This document shows, piece by piece, positions 12,732-24,629 of a stretch of DNA of 64,000 bases; the first letter of the stretch is position 1; each line of letters starts with the position of its first letter. Made by a program: the position numbers and the translations under genes. Source of the DNA: Lytechinus pictus. Lineage: Eukaryota. The notes beneath the pieces were generated by a model that had not been told where the DNA came from, searched no databases, and was given only the letters and a program-made list of their open reading frames with translations. The stretch is taken from positions 5,272,001 through 5,336,000 of the forward strand of contig NC_087245.1 in NCBI RefSeq assembly GCF_037042905.1. The letters run 5' to 3'.

Positions 12732-12941
12732 TATAAAGAGGAGAGCTGCTGCAGTGAGATGAGAAGATGTCTTCCTGATATCCGCAAGTGCTAAAAAAAA
12801 AATTCAAATATATTATTTATACTGAATGAAGACAAAAAAGTTGTTTGTTTGACGGCATTATGATACTTTTCAATAGGCTTTAAATGTCCAAAATTACATA
12901 AATTCATTTAATCTAATCTAATTTCATTTACTTGATCAAAC

Positions 12942-13174
12942 CAGACCTGCCAACCATTACGTTTTAGCCGTATTTAGTACTTTTTTTTTAAAAACTAAAT
13001 CGTAATTTATTGAGAAAAATAATCTCTATATGTCTCTATTTCATAAAACGCTTGAGCGCCGCGATGAGCGAGTGCGCCAAGCATTTTATTATGAAATACA
13101 CTTTTTGGGGGGAAAATACATTTTTTTTTATCACAGAATATACAGTTTTTCATTCTCAGAGGTTGGCAGGTCTG
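12942..13174 (+). mobile_element. 6-bp-TSD MITE, copy 2 (internally deleted)
   Basis: TCAAAC|CAGACCTGCCAACC…GGTTGGCAGGTCTG|TCAAAC. Confidence 0.87.
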
Positions 13175-14261
13175 TCAAACACAATCTAATTTGTAAATTT
13201 ATTCTTAATCCCATACTGTACATACTTTATTTGACACACGGGTTGTTTTGATGACCCCTTCTTAAAGCTCTCCTTTCTCTGAATTTGTATCACTTTACTT
13301 TTCCATGTATTTTTTAGCATAAATTTCTTAATTTATGTCTTAATGATGGTTGAATAACTAATTCAAATTATAGATAAATTTTTTTAAGGGGATCTCTGAA
13401 TGTGATGATAAATTTTTGATATTCTTGATATATTTCGAGTCAGTAGTTTGTTAATTGTCAAATTTGATATACATTTACATATTTTGTATACATTTACTGT
13501 ATTAGTATGAAGCTCTTGCAGATATTCATTTAAATCTTTAAAAGTTGTTTTTATTGTGGTATAACAGTAATTTCAATATGCTGCCAAAATCATTCCTAAA
13601 ATTATAGTAGTTTGTGTACTTCTGTTAATAGTGTATACCATTTTCTGATTATGAGAAACGAAAGATTATTTCATGTCGTGTCTTCAGAAACTAATAACCA
13701 TTGTCTTTAAATCATTTTAAAATAACTTATTATGATATATACACTTGTATTTGTAATTTTATATGAAAACTACATAAAATACATGTATTAAAAGAATAAT
13801 AAAATGAAAACAAAAATCACTTTTTTTATTACGAGCCTACATTTAAATTTGACTTGTCATTTTTCAGTAATTCACCTCAATATAGCAAATTGACCTGTAC
13901 ATGTACCAAGACTGAACAATTAAAGAATGAGAAAACTTGCCACGAACACAAAACCATGCAATATCTTCTCCCAAATAATTTGGTATTTCGTTTTGGCTCT
14001 GATAGTCAGGAGCTATGTATTATTTGTTGTGATGTAATTTAGATTTGTATTAAAGTCAGTATGCAACGAATGGGTCTAGATACCGACATTAAATATTGAT
14101 ATTATTAGGGCAAGGACAATGTTATAGTACAAATTTGGAAAATTTCAAGGGGTACAAAAAGGCTAGTGAGATATGGGAATTGAGGCAAATCAATGGGGTA
14201 CTAATCTTGCATCTCTGTGTGAAGTGTGTTATTACATTCGCATCCCCCAAAAATGAAAGGA

Positions 14262-14665
14262 GGTGCCGTGGCCGAGTGGTCTAAGGCGTCTGACTAGAAA
14301 TGAAAGCCAAGTGTTCGATCCCCATGCAGCCACGGCACCGTATGCCCGCGTGAGCAAGGCATTTAATCAACAGTGCTCATTTATCCTACATTCATGTAAA
14401 TGGAAGTGCTATATGCGTTCTTGGCCACTATTCATTTTGTGCACTTCTTTAAACAAAAAATAGAGATGCCGTGGCCGTAGCCGAGCTTGGTCTATTTAAA
14501 TGCCCAGTAATTAAGGCGCCTGACGGGGCGCCTGACTAAACATTTGAAAGTCTGGGGTTCGATCCCCGGCTTCAACACAGTCGAGCAATGCATTAATTTA
14601 ATCGACTGACTACAGAGATCTTTTATCCTACATTAAAAAATAGAAATGCTATATGCATATGCTAT
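14262..14665 (+). mobile_element. Two tandem degenerate tRNA(Ser)-like SINE copies (14262-~14420 and ~14464-14665)
   Basis: CGTGGCCGAGTGGTCTAAGGCG…GACTAGAAAT (tRNA-Ser AGA-like 5' half) and GTTCGATCC B box. Both copies share the downstream GAGCAA.GCATT and TTTATCCTACATT…GCTATATGC. Confidence 0.7.
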
Positions 14666-14859
14666 ATTTGAAAAAAAAATCAAATCAGCGAGAAATTGGT
14701 GTTAATTATTTATTTCTTTATCATTCATTCATTATTAATTTATTAATTATTTATTTATTCATTGTAAATTATTAATTTATTATTTATTCTTCATTCATTA
14801 ATTTATTTATTTATTGGTTTCAGTGAATTATTTATTATTTATTTATTTTATTATCATTT

Positions 14860-15069
14860 TGGCCACCGCGTCAGTGTATCGAACGTAGAGGGCGTCAATA
14901 GCTTTTTGTACCGCGATATATAGATACGCTAAATAGCTAGCTCAAGCTCAGCGCAGCTAATATATATATCTGATCTGACAGCTATATATTACAGCTAGCT
15001 AAGGCCGCGCCGAGTAGAGAGATCAGTACCGGTACAGCGGAAAAAGCTGAAGAGAGAAATAAAACAACA
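14860..15069 (+). promoter_or_regulatory. Probable ADHFE1 promoter / 5' UTR
   Basis: Abrupt shift from an (ATTT)n tract to CpG-rich sequence just upstream of the ATG; TATA-like TATATA runs; CTCF-like TAGAGGGCG at ~14886. Confidence 0.5.
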
Positions 15070-15128
15070 ATGGCATCAGGAAAATCCCTGCGAGTACTAA
15101 AACTTATGCAAGATGTCGGCAAGGCATC
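15070..15128 (+). CDS. ADHFE1: ADHFE1 exon 1 ([20 protein letters not shown]; presequence-like)
   Basis: ACAATGG start context, gtaagt donor, phase 2 matching exon 2; GC/CpG-richer surroundings. Confidence 0.85.
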
Positions 15129-18100
15129 GTAAGTATGGTCCAAGTATCAAGTTCATTAAGGAATTAGGTGGGAGTTTGTGTTCGTAGTTCACGGGGTATT
15201 ACGGTACGGTACCGTACGTTACTCACACTACCGGTACCGTAATACTACTAGGTGGGACCTGGGTGGCCTGGCCTGGGGCTTGTTGCATGACGAGATCGAG
15301 ATGAGCGACACGTAGGAACGTCCTAACATTAGAACCATTCTTCCGAGATAGGAAGATTGGCAACAAATCAGCGCTTTCCGTTTCACGAAGGCAATTTTGT
15401 CTTCCAAGTCCGCGACATCGTTTGATATCAATAATAGGCCTAGTATTGGAAAAATATTTAGTCTTCATCGTCACCTGAACCTTTAAGGCTTTATTTCGGA
15501 ATGGCGACTTCATAAAATAATATAGGTGTAACTTTTTAACAAGTTAGACTATACTATACTACTAGACCTAATTATATAACTCAAACGAAGATTCTTGCCA
15601 TCTGATTGGTTGAAAGGTGTTCAATATTTGGTCCATTTTTTACTGCGTGCATTTTGTAATTTTCCATTGCACGGTGACCGTGCATTTTTTATTTTCCCAT
15701 TGCACGGTACGCGCGCTAGCGCTCCCTCAGTATAATCATGTGTATGTCTACTTATTGTGTATGTGTGTGTGTGTGTGTTCGCGCGCATGAAGTTAGCGCA
15801 GATCAAACTGACTGTGCGCACTCGACTCAGATCCATGAAGCAATGCGCGTCACAAACATGAAAGCAAAGGGCTGATGAGCTGTCGATACATGGTGTTATA
15901 AAATAGCTGTATTATTTCAAGCATCGCGATTGGTCAATACGCGTCACATGACATCCAACTTTTTTTGTGCACTGCATGCACGGTAGTGCAAAAGGTGTGC
16001 AACGAAAATTGACATTGCACGCTCGAGCAAACCAGTGCGGTAAAGTCCAACAAAACTACTGTAACTTTTTAAAAAATTGTTTCTGTGTTGCTATTTTATA
16101 AAACAAATAATGCACTTGCTCTGTCGTGCGTAAAAGTAAATGCAGAGAAAGCTCGGTTTCTTCAGATGGAGCACACTGGGCACTCGCCGCAAGCGGCTCG
16201 TGCACAGTGCGACTCCTATCTAAAGAAACCTCGCGTGCTCTGCATTTCCACTAACGCACTCGGCTGCATGCATTATTTGTATATTATCCACCGACTAGCA
16301 ATTATCAGAGAAAAATTAGTTGCTGGAAATAGGCCAACCTAATCTTTATCTTTTTATTCCTTTTTTTACATTTTTAAAAACTTTGTAACTTATATGAGTT
16401 ATATAAAACAAATAATGAATGTAAATATTTGTGCAATGGAAAGAATATTTACATTCGATGAAAGATTAAAAGTTCCATTCAACTCGGCTAACGCCTCGTT
16501 GAATGGAACTTTACATCTTTCATCTCATGAAAATATTCTTCCCATTGCACGCATACACATTCATTATTTGTATACTGTTAGATCTATTTCAATAAATGGA
16601 GATCTAATAACGTTTTATGTATTACTGATTGTAGAATTGATGTATGGAGCTTACTTTATGAGGTAAAAGGAGAAAAAAACTTTAAAGATTCATAAACAAA
16701 CTGGATAAAATCGAAATTTTCATTATTTCCCTTAAATCTAGAACAGGGTGTCCTTTTTGTCTCACCTGCATAGCAGAGTGAGACTATAGGCGCCGCTTTT
16801 CCGACGGCGACGGCGGCGGCGGCGTCAACACCAAATCTTAACCTGAGGTTAAGTTTTTGAAATGACAGCATAACTTAGAAAGTATATGGACCTAGTTCAT
16901 GAAACTTGGCCATAAGGTTAATCAAGTATTACTGAACATCCTGCCTGAGTTTCATGTCACATGACCAAGGTCAAAGGTCATTTAGGGTCAATGAACTTAG
17001 ACCATGTTGGGGGAATCAACATCAAAATCTTAACCTAAGGTTAAGTTTTTGAAATGTCATCATAACTTAGAAAATATATGGACCTAGTTCATGAAACTTA
17101 TACATAAGATTAATCAAGTATCACTGAACATCCTGCATGAGTTTCACGTCACATGACCAAGGTCAAAGGTCATTTAGGGTCAATGAACTTTGGCCGAATT
17201 GGGGGTATCTGTTGAATTACCATCATAACTTTGAAAGTTTATGGATCTGATTCATGAAACTTGGACATAATAGTAATCAAGTATTACTGAACATCCTGTG
17301 CAAGTTTCAGGTCACATGATCAAGGTCAAAGGTCATTTAGGGTCAATGAACTTTGGCCAAATTGGGGTATTTGTTGAATTACAGCCATAAATTTGAAAGT
17401 GTGTTGGTCTAGTTCATAAAACTTGGACATAATAGTAATCAAGTATCACTGAACATCCTGTGCGAGTTTCAGGTCACATGATCAAGGTCAAAGGTCATGT
17501 AAGGTCAAAGAACTTTGGCCACGTTGGGGGTATTTGTTGAATTGCCATCATATCTCTATAAGTGTATTGGTCTAGTTCATAAAACGTGGAAATAAGAGTA
17601 ACCAAGTATCACTGAACATCTTGTGCGAGTTATAGTAGTTTTCAAAATCAGCACTGCTGCTATATTGAATCGCGTGATGCAGGTGAGACGGCCAGAGGCA
17701 TTCCACTTGTTACTGTTTTAGAGACGTGTACCTTTCATTGATATTTCAATGAAAGAGACCCTTTTCTGACATAGAAATTGAATTAACAAAGCAATTTCGA
17801 CATTGTATTAGTTAAATATTCTGATTTTTTATAGAATACTTATTTATAATGATAATTTTGCAAATTATGCGTTAAATGTTATTTGTTGAGGTAAAAATAG
17901 GGTTTGAATGGAGTAAACAAAATCGATGTGTCTGATTGTTTGAGACTAAAAAGGAAAATATGAGAGGCTGGGTGTGAAAATCGAATTTATTTATTTTATT
18001 TGTCAGATATCACGCAAGAAATACAAATGTGAGTGTTTAGAGTATAAACATACCTTTGCATGATGAGTAATCAAAGACAAGCAAAATTGCTGCAAACATG

Positions 18101-21100
18101 TCAAGTGGGTAGTGCAATAATAAAACAGAAAAAATGTGTGAAATCGATCCGCATTGGAAAAAAATACAATTTTCAGAAACAATGCTAAAAATAAACGTTG
18201 GTCATATTTAAAGTTGATAACTTTATATAAGAATATAAGCATTAAGAATATAAAAAATATATATGTTCAACATTTAAAAGTTAAGGAGTCGAGACTACAT
18301 TATTGCTATAACATGACATAGGGGCCGATAGGGCCTACCCTACAATTTAAAATGTGCCTCTCCGTATGGACTTTCCATAATCTTTTCTTTTATTGGTACA
18401 ACAAACTTATCTTCATTTGTAATGATTGTGATGGATTCGTAAGCTATTAGGCCTAATCTATATATTAAATTCAATTAACTACTTTGTTACTGCAGATTTT
18501 TTTTCATTCATGACGAAAAACCTCCATTTGATAACACTATACCCCTATTTCCCTCTGCATCAATTCTCTTCTCCAAGTACAACAAACCCTTACTGCCCCA
18601 AGCAGTATAAAAACACCTGTGTCTTGACCTCGGTCCGAAGATAACAACAGCCCGGCATATACAGTCACAGTAGGGGGCCACACAAAATGGATATATGGCA
18701 GTGCATAGAGCATAATAGCTCTATGCATAGAGCTCTATGGGCAATGTGTGAGCGCGGTAGCATCCCTGCAAACCATGTCGTCATTTTATCCCCCTACTTT
18801 CCTAATTTCGAGGTCGATTTTCTTCGTTCGAAATTGAAAATGGGCTAACATTGGATTTCTGAATACAATATGCCTTTGAAAACGTGATTAAATATCGAAT
18901 ACAATAATTTCATTCCGAAGGTCCTACTACAGGCAGAGAAGTCTTACGTAATAGCACAGCTGTTGTTTATCATTTCGTCCTTGGCTCAACGCTCATAATC
19001 TGGCCTGTGGAGGAGAAATTGAGACAGCAGGATTACCTGGCCAATCAGGGTTGATCGGCGCTTGGAAATGATTTTTTCAAATTCCAAACAGAAAAAGGGG
19101 TATAGAACCGCAGTTTGCAATCTGAACTGCGGTCTTTCTCCAAACGGGGGTTTGACGTAATGCATCATCTCAAATTAGCACAAATCCATCAATTAATTTT
19201 CATTGATTAAAATTAATCTCAGCAAAAAAAAAAAATTGTCATGAAAATTAAATGAAAATAAATAAATGATTTAACATGTTAACCCTAACTAGGCCGGGCT
19301 TTTTTGGCTGTTCTGTGGCTGGGGGGGGTTGATTCAACCCCCCCCCTGAGATCTCGGCCGCCGATCGCGCGAGTGCCGCAAAAATTTGCACGCTGGTAGT
19401 GTGCGATGTAATCTACAAGGCTGTATGGTAAAGTGTTCCAAAATAATGAGATTCTATTTTATATGAATTAATTATGCTAATTTATGCATAAATCATACTT
19501 TTTGCTCTAATTCACTAAATAAAGCTCCTAGAATGCTAATTTTTGGTAAAAATATTCTTTGTAGCATTCATAACAATGGCAATTGAAAAAAACTTCGGTT
19601 TGGAAATCAATTTCTTATGTATTTTATTGTTTTATGAATTTCTTATGTATTTCTTTGTTTTTCAACCTTTTGTTTTTCTTTGTTTTTTTCACCAGATTTA
19701 TTGCACAACCTTTTTGAAGCATAATTATGCTAAAATCAATTGCTTTCAGCTGTTTAAAGTAAAAATAATCATATCTTTATGAATAAGATGAGAAAACTCA
19801 ATTTGCATTGACTTCGTACACAAAATCACGTTTTGGAACAATTTTTGGTCTGACATGCACTTACAAAATGTTGCGTAATTTCAGAACCGCGTACCCGGGC
19901 GTCGTAAATTTGGTCTCAGAAGATGCGCGAGACTTAAAAGTATAAACTCTGCGAGTGGCGCGGTCAAAAAATTTCGCGCGGCGGAATGATCGCAGAAAAT
20001 GTTGAGGGGGGGGTTGATTCAACCCCCCCCCCCGGCCATTTTAGGGTTAAGTAACATCTTAGTTTTGTATCGTGTTTTTTTTTTTGCTGAACGTTATAAA
20101 CACGTTTTTTACCATTCATAATTTCTTTTTTTAAACTGTTTTCATGTTGTTTATCTAATGAGAAAGATTGCCGCCCATTTCGATTTTTCAAGTTTAATTT
20201 AAAAAAAAAACTGGAAAAGGGGTGCTGGGCCTGGGGAAAAGACAGGAGTGAGAATAAAAGAAAACATATTTTAAAAAATTTATTTGGGCCTCCTACAGAC
20301 CAGCCAACCAGTACGTTTTTGGCGTATTTAGTACGTTTTTGCAACCAAAATACGGCAGTATGTTTTTTCTTTAAAAATTATGTTTAAAAAGAAAAAAAAA
20401 TCATCTCTCTGTCTCTATTTCATAAAACTTACACAAATATGGTTATTACATCAATGTAATTTCAGGTAACTTGTTTTTTTTTCAATCATTTTGTTAAAAC
20501 CAGGTTGAGATATGCACATGTTTAAATGTTTTTTTTTTTCATCTGCAAGAGCAGTGCGCCTTTTAGCTTGCATGCAGCTTGAGTGCCGCGATGAGCGAGT
20601 GCGCCACGCATTATATTATGGAATACACTTTTTTGGGGAAAAATACACTTTTTTTTAAATCACAGAATACAATTTTTCATTCCCAGAGGTAGGCAGGTCT
20701 GCTCCTAGATTGACCCTGGAGAAGTTAAAATGACATCCGTTTTGGGTAATTATACCCCCATATAAAAAATAACTTGGTGCCATCCCATATAAAATGCATC
20801 AGAGTGCAGTCGAATGACCCCCCCCCCAAAAAAAAAAAAAATGTTTAAAGGTGATATGTCAGTGTGGCTTGACGTAGACGCAATTTCTCTCAATGCTGAC
20901 AGTGGCGGGCGGTGTGCAAAGAAGATCATGCCTACGTAGGACATGTCTGGAGGTGTCTTTCCAAGGACCATTCTTCGTATCGCCCAAATCAGCTTTGTGA
21001 AACAGTTGAGCGATATCTCGTTCTTGCGTAGAGCAGTTCTAACAGGCCCCTGGAACTGGATGGAGGCGTGACGGTAGTACGGTACTCGATAGTAGCCTTG

Positions 21101-24100
21101 AGGACTATTTTTTAAATGATTTTGATATTGATATCACGGAGCCTTGAACCCCCTCCCATATACATATAAGAGACACATGTAAACAAACATGGATTTCCCT
21201 AGGCCTAGGAAATCCATCTTTGAAGACAGAAATCACGTATATTTCTATCATTTTATTTATCTACATGTATGCACCTTCATACGCCTAATGCATATGAAGG
21301 TGCAAAAAATATGTTCATAAAAAGGTTAAAAATGAGAGGTTTCTTACCAGACTGATCTCGTGTAGATCCCTCGATCCATTCGTATACACCGCACATACAA
21401 TAGGCTTGAACCGCTTCGTTATGACATACATGTACGTAGCTTCGATAAGCAATGTTACAAAATGCCGTTTTGAAGAACAATTTATAGATAAAATTATTAT
21501 TTAACAAATAATAAAATTAAAAACTTGATTATTATAAATAATTATTATTACAATAATGATTATTTATAATTAAGTTTACAATGAGGTGAGTTTGAGTCCC
21601 AACTAAGGTAACATAAAAAAAATGATATAGCAATCTGAAGTGAATAAAACAGAAGTATCAACATTTTTTTTTTGTGGGGGTGCATATGGAACTCTTTTCC
21701 TTTGCTATTATGAACTTAATTGTTATTATTAGTTATTAGTGTTATCATTATTATCATTATAGTTATTATTATTATGATACTTAGATGCAGTTGCCCAGCT
21801 CATTCACAGGCTTTTGGGGGAGGTATCTCAGTAACTCCTCGTGGGTCTCGTGTGCCACTAAAATCATGCTCTACCGCAACTGAACAGCCTGAGTATGCCT
21901 TTGAGGTGAGTGATAAGGGATGTTTGTTGTATTTTTGTAAATTTGCAAGACCTTGCCATGATAGTTCATTCTCTTTTAGTGTTATACGCCTTGACAAAGT
22001 CTTGATGTGCTCTTAGCATATCATCTCTCCATCCGTCCATCGTAGTATCTGTCTTTTTATTCTTCTTCCTGGTGGGTGTTTCATAAAGCTGTTCGTAAGT
22101 TAAGAGCAACTTTAAGAATGACTGGTGATCCTTTCTTGTGGTAAATGGAATGTACCAAAATGTTCATTGGCGATGGTTTAGCGCGTTAGAAAGGTTCACC
22201 AGTCGTTCTTAATTTACGAACAGCTTTATGAAACGTCCCCCTGTTCCTTTAGTTGGTCAGACTCGAATGCAGAGTCTGCAGCAGTGTTGTAAAGGCCCAA
22301 ACCCTCAAGACCCTTGCCAGGGTTTTAATGCTCAACGCCAAGGAAAGTTAACCCAAGGCCAAGGCAGGAGGTTCAGTGCCAAGGTCAAGGCATCGAAGTC
22401 CAGTGCCAAGGTCAAGGCAAGGAAGGTCAATGCCATGGTCAAGGCATGGAAGTCCATTGCCAACATCAAATCATGGAAGGCCAAGGTCAAGGCATAGAAG
22501 CCCAATGCCAAGGTCAAGGCATGGAATAATAATAATAATATAGGGTATTTATATTGCGCACATATCCACCTTGTTAGGTGCTCAAGGCGCTCCTATATTA
22601 CCCGGCTAAGCTAGGCGTTCATAGCGCACACATCTTTTTAAGGAATTACTTCCTACCGGTACCCATTTAACTCACCTGGGTTGAGTGCAGCACACAGTGG
22701 ATCAGTTTCTTGCTGAAGGAAATTACGCCATGGCTGGGATTCGAACCCAAGACCCTCTGTTTCAAAGTCCGAAGACTAATCCACTGGGCCACAACGCTCC
22801 ACAGCCCAATGTCAATGCATGGAAGTCCAAGATCAAGGCCAAGGCACCAAAAGCTCAAGGGCCCGGGGGCCACTTCCATTGCCAAGTGGATACCATGCAT
22901 GACCAAAAAAAACATGTAAAAAGGATGTCTTTTTCAAGATAGGGCATGTTACGTACGTAACATAGTAGTAACATAATAAGGGTGTCAAAAGCACTAAAAT
23001 GATTTTTTTTAAAGGGTATATATTTCGCCAGGAAAACTGTGTTTACGGTGCAATTTCTTTTGATATTTCCTATTCACTCTCCTTTGTTGATTCTTGTTGT
23101 TTTTTTAGATGGCATGTTCCAACATTAGGTTTGGAAATGGAGTGACACAAGAAGTTGGCTGGGTAAGTAGTTCTGGTTCTTCTTCACTGGAGGAGAGACC
23201 TGCGGGTCACAGTACTGTGTGCGTGCACTTCTTGGTGACCCAGATTGGCTGGCTCCTCCAAAAATGTGCCTTTGAATTTCTTTGACAGATACATGGCGCT
23301 ATAAAAATCATCTATGTTATTTGAAGAGAAAAAATGCTGTATATTGATTAAGAAAATTCTTAGCTTTGTTGGGATACATTAATTTAGAAATTCATACAAT
23401 AGGGACAATTTTTTTTTCTTCAAATTGATCCCTCACTGAAGTGATTAATTGTAGATTCAATGCAATATTAAAGCTTACAGTGAAACAGAAATATCTTAAT
23501 TACCGGTATGAACTCCTGTATACTATACTTGGTTTGAGTGTATTAAAAAAAGTAAAGAACAAGAATTAGCCTTGTGCCTGATTTGATTTGGTCCCCAAAT
23601 GCAATAGGAACAAAGTTTGTTTTTTTACACTTTTACAGATTCTACTGAGAAGCAACAATAAAAGAAGATTGGAATTTTTTATTTAAAAAAAAATAAATTC
23701 TTCCTTCTTGGATTATTTTGGAATGCACTCTTGTTTTTTAAGTACAAAATATCAGGATTTCATTGCATTTGTATGTTTGCAATCAGATTATAAATGGCTT
23801 ATCAAAATTATTTCCCCTTTACAATGGTAATTCTCAATGTGAAAAATTAAAACTCTCAGAACTTGCCTAAACATATATTACAATACATGATATGAATGTA
23901 AATGAAAATTAGCTGCCATAACTTTGAATTATCTTTAGTAATGCGATTTCTATCAACTTATTTATAATCACCAACCACAATTCATAATGCATTCAATGTC
24001 TAAATGGACATATGTAACAAAATAAAAATATACTTCTGAATGACAATGCAAGGGCAGTATTTTCCTCTTTAAATGAATATGTTGTACAACAGGTGTTTGT

Positions 24101-24598
24101 TTGGATAGAGATAACAGTATATACACAATGTGTATAAGGGATAAGTATTAGCTACATGTGCTCTATGACATAACTGCTGAAAATTTCCACCATTTTCGAT
24201 GTCAAATAAGAAAGTTATGACCTTTTCAAGTTTCACTATTTTTCACAAAACATATGACCATGTACAACATGATGATATGCTAATGATAAAGTCAATGATG
24301 TATTTCATTGTATGAACATGTGTTTTAAAGTTTGCAAATTTGACAATTATATATCTTTTCTAAAGGTTTAACACAGTAATGGCAGTTTCTTATATTCAGG
24401 GAGGAATCCAATTTTGTTTCACTTTGTAATAAGAAAGATATTAAGATAATTCACACTTTCTCCTTCATTTTCAAACTGACCAACAATTTTTTTTTAAAGC
24501 AACTTTAAAATATGTTAACATAACTTTCTTCTTTTTGATTGGATTTGATGAGGGATTTTTTGCATTTTGTTTGATATTTCTCCTTTTATTCAAATAAA

Positions 24599-24629
<31 letters not shown>

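Noticed and set aside
14262..14339. Functional tRNA-Ser gene
   Set aside because: The anticodon stem and variable arm do not pair properly, and the sequence continues into a SINE-like body that is duplicated next door.
16850..17620. Regularly spaced repeats suggesting a CRISPR array
   Set aside because: The whole ~162-bp unit repeats, with no unique spacers and no cas genes; the context is a eukaryotic intron inside a dispersed element.
22228..22517. Repetitive AKVKA and LALTL ORFs
   Set aside because: Produced by the 27-bp minisatellite in an intron; no splice or homology support.
22725..22802. tRNA gene on the minus strand (also at ~48278-48353)
   Set aside because: These are SINE heads, followed by core and (ATT)n tail.
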